Shown here piece after piece: positions 1-11,913 of a stretch of 64,000 nt of DNA. This stretch comes from Azolla caroliniana. Taxonomy: Eukaryota; Plantae; Polypodiophyta. Below the pieces are notes generated by a model. That model did not search any database, was not told the DNA's origin, and saw only the letters and a program-made list of their open reading frames with translations. Each line of letters opens with the position of its first letter. Positions within the stretch are counted from its first letter, which is position 1. The stretch covers positions 7,936,001-8,000,000 of the forward strand of contig JBHGNT010000014.1 in the NCBI GenBank assembly GCA_043228905.1. Reading direction: 5' to 3'. The position numbers were made by a program, and so were the translations under genes.

Positions 1-961
1 CAAAGAGAAAAATAAAATTGTGAGATATCCCACATAGCCAGGAAATAAGGATCTCACCATATATAAGGTAGAACAAAAGCTATTATCTCTGTGTCCATGT
101 GTGGAGCATAGAGAGTTCAAGATGACTTGAACTAAGCTATTGATGAATGGGTGTGGCCTGGCTACTTGCAAAGGTTTTGGCCAACCAAAACCGGACCGAC
201 GACGGAGCTAGTGGCAACCGACATTTGGCAACAGAACCGGGAACTGGGATCCAACGTTCAGCAACGGAACCAGACGGTAACCAACATTCGGTGACCAGAC
301 GATAACCGACATCCGGCGATCGGACGGGATCCAGGATCCGGCAACCGGCGACCGGCGGCTAGATGGATAAATAAATAAATAAATATTTATACATATACAC
401 AAGGAGAGAAAGTAAGGATTTGAACCTTGCACCTCCAAGTTGAAAGCCAATAGGCTTACCACTAAGCCAACACATTTTCTTGGAATTATATTTTTATCAT
501 TGTAAGTTTACATGTAAATTCTCATACATGAGAACTAAAATGAGTGACATGGTTATCATGCACCACATGTAATACATGAGGACCAAATGGCAAACATGCA
601 TTTTATGCATGTCTTGTACCCTCAAATGCATGGGGGCATCTATAAAAGAGTGAAGGAATCAAGCAAAAGGGGGGATTTTTTATCACTTAAGCTTTGTACT
701 TTATATCAAAATTAATATTAAGAAGAAAATTCGTTATCCAATTGATGTATTAATCTTGTTCTTCAAATCTAAAATCAAGAGTTCAATCTTAATCTCTCTC
801 TCAATCTAAAGTCAAGCGTTCTATCTTATTTCAATCTCTCTCTCTTTCAATCTATCTTAATTCCTTTCTCGCTAAAGCTTGTGCAAACTTCGAGTCCTTC
901 CGATCCAGAACCCTGGCGGTTCCGCCTCACGATCCGCACGTAGTGATGGATCTTCACGACA
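1..961 (+). repeat. 5' LTR (start outside window) of non-chromovirus Ty3/gypsy element A
   Basis: Ends CACGACA at 961, has TATAAAA near 641, and is followed by a tRNA-Trp PBS and gag; the 5' part resembles solo LTR 44776-45705 (GATATCCCACATAG). Confidence 0.75.
403..475 (-). other. tRNA-derived module in LTR A (Pol III A/B boxes; possibly Glu-TTC-like loop)
   Basis: Minus strand reads TGGCTTAGTGGTAAGCC (perfect D-arm) ...CTTTCAA... GAGGTGCAAGGTTCAAATCCTTAC (T-arm/B-box); anticodon and acceptor stems decayed. Confidence 0.7.
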
Positions 962-969
962 TAATTAAG

Positions 970-987
970 TGGTGAACTCGACGTGAA
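970..987 (+). promoter_or_regulatory. Primer binding site, tRNA-Trp
   Basis: TGGTGAACTCGACGTGAA is complementary (1 mismatch) to the plant tRNA-Trp 3' end recalled as TTCACGTCGGGTTCACCA; 8 nt after the LTR. Confidence 0.75.
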
Positions 988-1892
988 AGAGGCGGCAAGA
1001 AGGATCAAATTGAGGATCAACCGATACTTGGAGATGGCATCCTCAAGCAACCAAGCGGGAGAGTTCGAAAGGATGATGCTGATCGTCGAACAAATGATGA
1101 GATCTCGAGACAACATTGTGACCGTGGAGAAGGCTGTTAATCGTGTCGTAGAGCTCGAGGGTCAATTTGACGGAAGGAACATTACGAAGTTCCTTGATGC
1201 ATATAGAAGGGAGATGAATCAGAGGGACGTGTCTGAAGCGCATCAAATCACAAGTTTCAAGAGAGTGGTCGCCAACAACATCCAAAGGCGCGTCATCGAG
1301 CTTCAAGAAGGGAAGACAATGTGGTCGGAGTTCGAGAAAGCGATATTAGCGGAGTTCGCGACGGAAGATTTGTCGAGGATGACTTGACATGCCTTGATGA
1401 AGTGGATAGAAAAGAAGAATAAGAAGATGAGCGCCTCAAGGGTGTACGACAAATTCGACCAAATGTTTCGTCGTCTCCCTGCCACAAAACAAATGCTACT
1501 TGAGGAGGAAAAAACTTTGTACTTCCTAAAGGTTGTGGATATAAAGGATAGACGAGAACTGGGTACTCTCCTCGAAGATGATACCCAAGCAAATGGGCTT
1601 GTGGCGGATTGGGTTGCGGTGAAGCGAGCATGATATAGGCCGACAAGCGTCGTCAGTGGGTTGATGATACCGACTTGGCGGGATCGACTGTTGTGGAGAA
1701 GACAAGACAACCGAAAGTAGTTGAGCCGCCCAAACAAAGCAGCATGGAAGAAAGGAAGATTGATGATGACATCATCAAAGAGCTAGCGAAGAGGTTCGAG
1801 ATGGTCATGCTAGCCAACATGAATCGTTGGGGCCCCAAAGGAAAAGAACCCTTTAGATGTGTGTGGTGTGATAACATGGACCACATGAGAAG
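983..1892 (+). pseudogene. gag: Disrupted, truncated gag of element A
   Basis: ORFs 983-1387, 1394-1633 and 1675-1944 align by eye with D gag (GQFDGRNITKFL, LYFLKVVD..R..LG.LLE, ADW.AVKR); degenerate zinc knuckle CVWCDNMDH. Confidence 0.8.
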
Positions 1893-2499
1893 TGCTTCTT
1901 TTGTGACCCACCGAAGCACTTTGGGAAAAGACCGATCCTGTTAGATCTCCTCGTCCGCTTGCTGGAAGGTTTCCCGCCTTTGCTGTCTTGCGGCTAGTCT
2001 TCTTCCTCGTTCGGTGACTTGGTCATTAGTTGGTCTAGACATCCATCCCCCGGTGTTCTCTGCTCACTGCAGGAATCATGGTCGCCAAATTATTGTTGAT
2101 CCTTGGCCGGACTAGCCACAACACAAGGTCTCCTCTCCCGGAACACTTCTCCAAAGGGGTGGTAAGGTTAGGATGCTTCCGTAATTAACATGCGTAGGAT
2201 CTTAATATTAACCACAGACGGCAAGTATACAAGACGCAAGCATGAATTACTCGATATATATATATATTATCTTCTATTACTTCTGTAAACATTACATCGG
2301 GTCGGATCCTTTTATAGGAATCCGGTGTCGTTACAAAACAGTGCCCTATCGGCAACCGGCTACGAATTGGTTCGGATTTGGATCGGTACAACTTACCGGA
2401 TCGGTCCCTTGGAGGAATAATTCTATCGAATTCTAAATATATATATTTCTCCGACTCGCCCTTTTCCCGCTTATCCTTTGGTCCTTAAACGGCCAACAA

Positions 2500-2573
2500 C
2501 AGAGAGGGAATTACTACTAAAAGATGCGAATTAGTAGTAAGAGAGAGAAAAGGGTGTAGAACTCACGAGATAA

Positions 2574-2604
<31 letters not shown>

Positions 2605-2936
2605 CAAAGAGAGGAGATAGATAGATTATATTATCGTCTTTGGAGGTCAAATATTATATTATATGAAGAGAAAGTACAAGAATAGCTATGAGGCTTAAGA
2701 CTAGTGTTGAACCGATTTGGTTTGAAATAATGCCTTGTGCCTCCTTTTATAGTGTTTTCAGAAGTACTCCTAAAGTTTCTAGAATGTTCCAAAGAAATCT
2801 GGAAACATACATCAATTTTCTATAGTGAAATAATAAATGAAAATAATATCTATCACATTACAATATATAGTCTAATGGGAAGGGCTCGACCCATGTAACA
2901 TAAGGTCATCAGTTCGAATCTTGTCATATAATGACA
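2500..2936 (-). repeat. Truncated LTR related to chromovirus C, with tRNA-like module at ~2865-2930 (+)
   Basis: Reverse complement resembles 10634-11078 (TGTCAT start, TATAAAAGGAGGCACAAGGCATT, CT microsatellite). Confidence 0.85.
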
Positions 2937-2939
2937 CCA

Positions 2940-5054
2940 AGCAGTCCACTGTGACAATCGTCTATTCGAACTTCGTCAAGAAGAACAGGGGACTCGCGGG
3001 TCTGAGGCTTCTTCCTGAAATGCATCAATCGCTAGGCCCTACTTGTCTCGCACGCCAACCTTACCATCACGCAGTGATACCCATACCAAAATGGAGGTCG
3101 ATTTCCATACCCCGATGGAGATCGACCACGCTCGGTTCCAACCACTAACTAAAGCCCAACACCAACATCGTCGAGACAATGGACTCTGTCTCTATTGTGG
3201 CAACCCCGGCCATGTCATCTGCCATTGCCTGGTGCGGGGCCTGCAACACCGATTCAATCGTGCATGACTTGAAGAGGTTCCTCGACAACAGGAAAATGAC
3301 CAAGTCCGGTTGCAATAGGAGCCATGCCGCTAGACGCTTCTCGTTACTCACATTCTCCATGCTCCTACAAATCCTTCCACCATTAATAGGGTTTTATTTG
3401 GAAGTAAGTCTTTGTTTTGGTTCGACTTCAATACATTCTCATGCCTTGCTTGACTCCGAAGCATCTACTTCCTTTATCAATAAATCATTTTTCCACGCAC
3501 ATAATATCCCCACCATCCGCACATCTGAACCCATCTCCATTGAAGCGATCGACAGTCAGGTTCTCTCTTCGGGGGCGGTTACCGAAGCCACTATCTTGTT
3601 GGTACTTCAAGTCGGGGCGCACCAAGAGGAACTCACGTTCTACCTCATTGCAACCCCTCGAAATCCGATTGTGTTGGGGCTATCTTGGTTAGAGACACAC
3701 AATCCAATGGTGGATTGGTGTAACCGCTCCATCACTTTTCCAGTAAGGCTAATTCCTGCTAGGTCACAATTTTTATAGACGATTTATAGACGGGTTCTCT
3801 TCCCTCTCATCTAGCTTACCCGGAAAGATTCTCCATTTCTTTAGACCCTGCAACACACAATGCTTTTAATGCCCTCAAAGCAACTTTTCTCTCTGCCCCT
3901 GTGTTAGTCCACCCCGACCCCACCCGCCCTTTCCAGGTTGAAACCGACACCTTCGACTTTGCCATAGGTGGAATCTTGTCTCAGCCCAACGATGATGACA
4001 CCCTACATCTGGTCGCCTTCTACTCTCTGAAGTTTACAGCCCCAAAAATCAATTATCCGGTTTACAACAAGGAGCTTGCAGCTATTAGCTTGGCCTTCAC
4101 CGAATGGAGACCCTATCTGGTTGGGCCCAACATTGTATACAGGTGCTGACCGACCACAAGAATCTCATCCACTTCACCACCACTCGTACATTGAATCGGA
4201 GGCAGAATCATTGGTCATCTTTTCTCGCCGACTATGACTTCGAAATCTTGTATCGACCCGACGTTCAACATGGGAATACGGATGCTCTCTCTCCTCGACC
4301 CAACTTTGCACTATTCTTAGCAATCGCATTGTTTATTGCAACCTGATCAACTCCACATGTTTGTAACCTATATGTTTCATGATGATTCCTTGCTCAACGA
4401 GATCGCCCAAGCAACCACGTCGGACCCTTTCGCTATTGACGCCATGGCAAGCCTCATCAACCCATCCCAGGAAATGCAAAGCTCGGAACTCAATCACTTT
4501 ACAACTCAGGATGGGCTACTCTATCATAATCACCTCCTTTGCATACAATTTGGCACATGTTAAATCCGAGTACTCCAAACTTGCCACGATGATCCTCTTG
4601 TCGGACACTTTGGGGTCATGAGAATGGTAGGATTGCTATCTCGGGGGTTGTGGTGGCCCCAACCTTGCAAATTGGTCAAAGAATTTATCAAACTTGTGAC
4701 ATCTATGCTCGCTCTAAAGTGGCTCACCATTGTCCATATGGCCTTCTACACCCACTTCCAATTCCTAGTCGACCTTGGGCATCTCTCTCCATGGACTTTA
4801 TCACCGACCTTCCTCGGGTCGATGACCATGACACGATGCTAGTGGTCGTAGATCGGTTTTCGAATATGGCTTACTTTGTCCCATGTTCGAAAACCATTTT
4901 GGGGGATGAGACGACTAACCTTTTTCTAAAAAACTATCATCCTATTACACAGCTTCCCTGAGGATGTCACTTCTAATCGAGGTCCTCAATTTATCTCTCA
5001 CTTCTAGCGCTGACTTCTACAGACATTTGAGACTTCTGTGAACTTGTCAACTGT
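2940..5054 (+). pseudogene. pol: Decayed gag-PR-RNaseH-integrase of E (RT core deleted)
   Basis: CLYCGNPGHVICHC knuckle, LLDSEAS protease, ETDTFDFAIGGILSQ/KEL/TDHKNL RNase [16 protein letters not shown] integrase; many stops and frameshifts. Confidence 0.85.
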
Positions 5055-5339
5055 TGTCGCAATGTTTTGCACATGTCTGTTACTTCGGCGGGACCACAAA
5101 GCTCTTGGACTAGGGAGTACTGAAGGGATAGAGAAGACCTGAGGTTTGCTTTACGACAATACTACTTCTTCCCGAGCAACGACTCGTTGCCCCTTTTGTG
5201 AGGCCGGTGGCTTTCATTGATCACAACTAGTCGAGTTTTCAAGATCACCGCATGAACCAAGTGATCAAACGGGTACAAACAAAGATAAGCACGCAAGATG
5301 AACGCACAACGGGACGATAACACAAACACGAATGCACGT

Positions 5340-6840
5340 ATGTCTTTCTGAGGAGAGGTGCATGGGCATGCGTCACAAGACGTCGAACGCACACAAAACA
5401 CACACACAAATGCTCGTACGCATTTATGAGGAGGAGAGGTGCATGGGCAAGCTCGAATGTTACCTCGTCACAAGACGGTCGTGCGTACAAGGAAGACACA
5501 AACACACACACAAATGCTTGTACGTCTTTATGAGGAGGAGAGGTGCATGAGCACGCCTGAAACACTCCCTCGTCACAAGACGACCGAACGTACAAGGAAG
5601 ACACAAATACACGCACAAAATGGTCGTATGCCTTTATGAGGAGGAGAGGTGCATGGGCAAGCCTGAACGTTCCCTCGTCACAAGACGGTCGTGCGTTCAA
5701 GGAAGACACAAACACATGCACAAATGCTCATACGTTTTTATGAGGAGGAGAGGTGCATGAGCACGCCCGAAACACTTCCTCCTCACAAGACGGCCGAACG
5801 CACAAGGACACAAAATGGTCGTACGCCTTTATGAGGAGGAGAGGTGCATGGGCACGCCCGAAACGCTCCCTCATCACAAGACGACCGAACGTACAAGGAA
5901 GACACAAACACACGCACAAATGCTCGTACGCCTTTATGAGGAGGAGAGGTGCATGGGCAAGCCCGAATGTTCCCTTGTCAGAAGATGGTCGTGTGTACAA
6001 GGAAGACACAAACACACACACAAATGGTCATACGTCTTTAGGAGGAGGAGAGGTGCATGAGCATGCCTGAAATGCTCCCTCCTCACAAGATGACCGAAAG
6101 TATAAGGGAGACACAAACACACGCATAAAATGCTCGTATGCCTTTATGAGGAGGAGAGGTGCATGGGCACGCCCGAAACGCTCCCCCATCACAAGACGAC
6201 CGAACGTACAAGGAAGACCCAAGTACACACACATGCTTGTATGCCTTTATGAGGAGGAGAGGTGCATGTGCACGCCCGAAACGTTCCATCATCACAAGAC
6301 AACCAAACGTACAAGTGGACGAGAACAAAGAAAGAAAGAAAGAAAAAAAAACCCACGAATGATATTGGCTAAAAAAATAAATACGTGTTCAATTCGAACG
6401 CAAGAGGGGGCTTTATAAAATAGGGCTTGATTAGAATGTGGCAACTTCTAGTTAACCACAAGATCAACAAAACATAAACACTAAATGCCCTTAGAGACAA
6501 GAGCAAATCAGAACACGGAGCACGAACACACAAGCACCACAAAAATGCCGACCCCAACAAACCACGACCACCCGAACAACGAACACTTGGGCTCGCAATG
6601 ACGAACGGGGTGAAGCAACGTACAAGGAAGACACAAACACACGAACACAATGATCGTACGCCTTTATGAGGAGGAGAGGTGCATGGGCATGTCCGAAACG
6701 CTTTCTCATCAGAAGACTACCGAACGTACAAGGAAGACACAAACACACACACAAATGCTCGTACGCCTTTATGAGGAGGAGAGGTGCATGGGCACGCCTG
6801 AAACACTCCCTTATCACAAGAAGGCCGAACGTACAAGTGG
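5340..6840. repeat. ~105-bp tandem repeat array inside the B LTR (about 10 + 2 units)
   Basis: Anchor TTTATGAGGAGGAGAGGTGCATG recurs at ~5344, 5423, 5527, 5633, 5737, 5828, 5933, 6037, 6143, 6246, 6663 and 6768. Confidence 0.95.
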
Positions 6841-7436
6841 ACGAAAAGAAAGAAAGAACGAAAGAAAAAATAAATAGGAATTATATTGGCTAAAGAAATA
6901 AGTACGTGTTCAATTCCAATGCAAGAGGGCCCTTTATAAAATAGGGCTTGATTACAATGTGACAACTTCTAGTTGACCACAAGCTCAACAAAACATAAAT
7001 ACTAAATGCCCTTAGAGACAAGAGCAAATCCGAACATGGAGCAAGAAGACGAACACACGAGCACCACCTAAATGCCGACCCCAACGAACCATGACCACCC
7101 GAATGGCGAGCACACAGGCTTGCAACGACGAATAGGTTGAAGCAACATCGAATCAACGAATCTCGGGCTCACGAGCACCGTAAACGAGCACTTCGAGTGC
7201 CAAAGTGAAGAAGACGAGGATTGGCGATGAGGGGATGAAGGGGTATGAGATGGAGAGAAGTGGTGAAGAAGAAGATGAAGAGCTCTGAAGGAAAAATGGC
7301 GATAGTCTTATCCTCCCCAAAATGTCCTCCCAAATGAGCCCGCCTCGACCTCCTTTTATAGGAAAAAAATGGAAGGGGGTCGCCAATTTTGTCTTCAATA
7401 CAAAAGGAATAAAATTCCTTAAATCATGTTGCATTG

Positions 7437-7500
7437 TATGACCGGATTTGTACTATGCATCTATAGCTAGAAGTCAATGTAACTATCCAGTAGTCCATTA
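7437..7500 (-). other. Degenerate tRNA-Arg(TCT)-like module in the B 3' LTR
   Basis: Minus strand TGGACTACTGGATAGTTACATTGACTTCTAGCTATAGATGCATAGTACAAATCC; a better-preserved copy lies at 31345-31412. Confidence 0.5.
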
Positions 7501-7767
7501 ACTCTCTCTTATATGATATATAATTCTATATCTACTAATTCATAGCCTGCCTCCTCTCTACTTTTATCTCTCCTCTCTCTTAATTTTTACACGAGCTTCT
7601 ATACCTCCTTTCAACCCATTTTGCACACACATTGCACATTGCACATGCACATTTTGACCCCCCATTTTGTCGGTTTTTCCCACACTCGAGCACGCCACAT
7701 CACAACATCCACCCCCACCAAACCGCACATCCTCCAGTATGTACCAAGAATGGCGGGCTGAGGGTGG

Positions 7768-10628
7768 TCAATAGTTCATTTCCTCCTCCTCATTGACCCT
7801 GTGCCTTGTTATTTTCTCGCATTTATCTTCGTCAAGGTCATCGAGGTTTGGGTCCCTGTCATGTCTCTTTTTGAAGATTTTGACCCGCTTCCTTGCTATT
7901 AGTACTGCCAACTTAGTCTCATCAAGTTCAGCGAGGTGGTAGGTGGCATTATCGTTTGCCCTCGTTACCGTTACCACGTACAACCCGAACCATCACTTTG
8001 TGAATTTCCGCATCGAGCTATGTTGATTGTAGAAATTGCTATCATACACAATCACGTGGTCTCCTTCTTCGATCTTCCGAGGGCGTAGTCGGTGTGTCTT
8101 GTCGAACCGGGCTTTGTTACTTAGCCTAGCTGCGTCTAACCTCTCCTTTGCCAACTCCAAGTCTTCAGGTCTTCTCTCAAGTTGCCTTATCCTTGTTGCT
8201 AGAAGCTCTTCTCGACTCATCTCGTTTTCCCATGCCATCGCTACCCATGATGCAATTGTGTCTTCAATGGGCATCACCGGCTTTTGTCCATACATGAGCT
8301 CAGCTGGCATGAAACCTATAACTGAGTTGTGAATTGTTCTGTCGGCCCACAAGGCATAAGGTAGTAACCAAGGCCAGTTCCCGACTCGCCCATCGGAAGC
8401 TCTTACAATGGCTCCGGGTTATAAGAGGTCATGAGAGAGAGCTTCACTCCAAGTTGTTCAAAGAGCTCTATAGCTTCGTGAGCATTCAACTCTCCTCTGT
8501 CGGCGACTATCTTTCCCACACATCCGTACCGGCAGATTACATCTTCGAGTAAGAATTTACACACCCCCGTCGTCGTCTTGAATGCTAAGGCTTGCCTTTC
8601 TACCTGGTTTGTTAGGTCTTCTCTTGCTAGCACCAAATATTTCATTTGGCCCACTCCCATCGGCATCAAAACCAAATCCACCATCCATTTGAAGTGTATG
8701 GTGAGTGGGTAGCTCAGGTGCAATTCTTCCCTATGGCGTATGTTTGAGTGTATCTAGTAGCTTTCACACGTCCCCACGAAATGGGCAACATCCTTGTACA
8801 TTCCCGGTCACCAATACTTCTCCTTTAACTTCACGAATGTTGCCCACGTTCCTCTATGGCCCGCTCAAGGACTCTCGTGGAACTTAGACACCAATGTTGT
8901 TTGGTCCTCTTCCTTTATGACCACTTGTTGTGGCATTCCCGTCCTTCTCTTCGGGTGCCTCCAGAGGAATCCCCCTCGTAGGAAGTACTTGTACGCTTTC
9001 TTTCGGACTCTCTGTGCTTCGTCCTTCGACCATGAACTATCCACCGTCATTGAGCTTAAGAACTTGCCAATGTGTAGCCACTACCCTTCGTATTCACTTT
9101 CGTTGAAGGTGTGGAGTAATCGCACATCTCGATCATCTATAGATGCTTGGGCCGTCTTAAAGAAGTCAAGAGCGACATCCTCATCTTCAGACACCATGTC
9201 GCTTTCGCCCTCGAATCTTGCCCTCAATAGCATATCTACCATCGCATTGTTCTTCCCTGAAATGTGGTGAATCTCTAGGTTCATTGATTTGATGTAGGCA
9301 ATCTATCTTAGTATAGCTAAGTCAGGTGTTGCACATCCCGAAACCATCCCTAGGATTGGAAGGCAATCCGTCTTTATTATCATCTCTGACCTGATTAGGT
9401 AATCTTTATCTGCCTTCATTGCGTACACAATACCCCAAAGCTCACGTTTTACTTGGGCATATCCTCGTTGTCGCTCGCTTAAGACCTTGGCTCCGAACCG
9501 GATGGTTTAGCGTGTACCATGCTATCCTTCTTGGTTGATGACCCATCCGATCCCTGTTGGACTCGTATCTACCATCACATAGATGGGCACCCCTTCCTTG
9601 TATACTGCTTTTCATAAAGCTGGTGCCACTACCAACATTCCTTTGAGCCTCTTCATTGCCTCTGTGTGCTCTTCCTCCCACTTCTTGAGTAACCCATATA
9701 AGGGCTCGACTAGGGGAGCGTAGTGCAAGATCCAAGTGTGGTAGAATGCACAGGAACCAAGAAATCGCCTCACCTCTATTTGCGATTTACATTTTTCCCT
9801 CATGTCTGTGATGGTATCCACCTTTGCCGGGGATGACTTCCGTCCGTACGCCCCGCACAAGTGTCCAGTTGGCCGAATTCCGATTTCTCACCCGAGAAGT
9901 TCAAGTGTGCATCTTCGAGTCTTTGTAGAACCTTCTTGCAATCGGAGATGTGATATGCCACAAAACGTCTGCACCCATCCTCGGTCCAAGGTTTCATCTT
10001 TCTTCACTTCAGAGCACCCTTTTATGGGGATGTCATCGAGGAATGGCATGGTCATATTGGGGATGCAATCTCTCAATACCTTGTTCATTGCATTTACCAT
10101 GTGGGCTACAGAGTTAGTGCCACCTTGTGGCAAGTACACATTCGCATTAGGCCGATAGGGTCCTGCATCGTCGTGATGTCCCTACTCTCCATAGCTAGTT
10201 GGAATTGATCATACCCCGAGTATAGATCACTGATTGAATAAATAGAACTTCCAGCGAAGGCCTCGGCGAAATCGTCAACGCTCAACCCGACCCCTGCATT
10301 TCGAATTGTCTCTTCATTAATAGGTTGTAGGTCCTAGATGAAGCATAAGGTGACGTTCTTCTTTGGAAGAGTGAACCACCGATTCAAGTATGGGGCGTTT
10401 GATGGCTCTAGGATACCCATCTTGATCTTTTCCTTTCGTAGCTCAATCAACTTCGGGATGTGAGCTCTCGGAACCGGTATTGGTTTGATGTTCCACGGTA
10501 CGTACGGTACCATAAAGATCACCATTGGCTCCACGATCTTAGGGTTTATGCATCGTATCTCACCCGACGAGAAGGCGAAATCCCTTCCGTACCTTTTGAT
10601 CATCCTTCTAAATCTTTCCTCCTCCCTA
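7768..10628 (-). pseudogene. pol: pol (RT, RNase H, integrase) of B, disrupted
   Basis: LPQGGTNSVAHM, MPFLDDIPIKG, KWMVDLV, DVICRYG..KIVADRGEL, WADRT; many stops. Confidence 0.9.
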
Positions 10629-10633
10629 AGCAA

Positions 10634-11078
10634 TGTCATGATATAGCAAGACTTGAACCCATGACCTTATGCTACATGGGTCGAGCTCTTACCATTAGAC
10701 TATGAATTGTAATTTGTAGGATATTATTTTCATTTATGCTTTATCATAAAAAAATGATGTATACTCCAGATCTCTCTGGAACATTCTAGAAGCTTTAGGA
10801 TTATTCCTAAAAACACTATAAAAGGAGGCACAAGGCATTGTTTTGAACCAAATTGGTTCAATGCCAGTCTTAAGCCTCTTAGCCATTTTGTACTTATCCT
10901 TCACATAATATATTGGCTGTTATCATCATCTCTCTCTCTCTCTCATCCTCGCTATCTCTCTTTTCGCTTCTCTCTCTCTCTCTCTCTCGGGAGTCTTACG
11001 TAGTTCCGTCCTCTTAGTACTAATAGTACTGCTCTTCTTTAGTACTAATTCCATCTCTGCTTAGTACTATTCCTGACA
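10634..11078 (+). repeat. 5' LTR of C
   Basis: 445 bp, highly similar to 23365-23821; TATAAAA at 10817. Confidence 0.95.
10641..10709 (-). other. tRNA-derived module at the start of C 5' LTR
   Basis: Minus strand TAGTCTAATGGTAAGAG (A-box) ...AAGGTCATGGGTTCAAGTC (variable loop plus B-box). Confidence 0.7.
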
Positions 11079-11092
11079 GTTTGAACCAATTT
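11079..11092 (+). promoter_or_regulatory. Self-priming (Tf1-type) PBS of C
   Basis: GTTTGAACCAATTT is complementary over 12 nt to AAATTGGTTCAA at 10850-10861, about 33 nt after the TATA; no TGG-type tRNA PBS. Confidence 0.7.
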
Positions 11093-11117
11093 GTCCTCCT
11101 ACGCTTTTCCCTATACT

Positions 11118-11913
11118 ATGGCTACTGTTAGCGCCCAAGAATATCAATCCGTTTTCTCCGAGCTACAATGCTTAAAAGAAAAATTTGTTGCCTTGGAACA
11201 AGAAAACCAACGGCTGATAGGGGATCTGCAACAAATCGCTCCAGAAAAGCAACAAACGCAGCAACAACATGGGGAGTTAGCGTTACAGGTGCAACAACTC
11301 GAAGTGGCATTGCAACAACAAGGATCAAGTCCCCAAGGATTTCATAAAGAGCCGAAGATTGGACTTCCTGTGAAATTTGATGGAATGCGATCGCAATTCA
11401 GGAGATTCCTTAATCAGGTACGATTAGTCCTCCAAATGCATCCTTCCCAATACCCCACTGATGCATCCCGAGTCGGCTTAATAGGCACGTTGCTTAGCGG
11501 CTCAGCCTTAGCATGGTTTGCTCCGCTTCTAGAAAAACAATCGCCCTTGCTTAATAACTTTGAAGATTTTATTAGTGAGTTCAAAGCGTGCTTTGGAAAC
11601 ACCGACAGCATCAGGACGGCGATCAACAAGATCCGGCGATTGCATCAAGGCGATCGTCCAGCCTCTGCCTACGCGGCGGATTTCCGCCTACCCTGGGATT
11701 TCCGCCTACCCTGGGAGCAGTTTCGCTATGGCCTGCGAAATGATGTCAAAGATCTACTTCTAACCTTCCCCGAAGAACCAAAGTCTCTTACGGAGGCAAT
11801 CAGTCGAGCGGTCCCATGTGACAACCGCCTTTTCGAACGGCATTCGGAACGTCAATTATAGATACCACGCGCTAGGCCGGAGCCCACTTACGCCGCAGTC
11901 ACGGCTAAACCGT
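11118..11913 (+). pseudogene. gag: gag N-terminal part of C
   Basis: Coiled-coil, then EPKIGLPVKFDG, LLSGSALAWF, L.QG.R....YAADF..FRYGL (sushi/Tcn1-type capsid). Confidence 0.88.

Larger units (their letters stand above)
5055..7707 (-). repeat. 3' LTR of B (~2.65 kb)
   Basis: Termini TGTTGTGATGTG...GCGACA on minus; matches 26265-26670 plus 30143-31653; TATAAAA near 7355. Confidence 0.85.

Noticed and set aside
5340-6840. CRISPR-like array or repeat-protein ORFs (MRRRGAWARPKRS...)
   Set aside because: The whole unit repeats with no unique spacers, there are no cas genes, it lies inside a plant LTR, and ORFs in several frames are a by-product of the repeat
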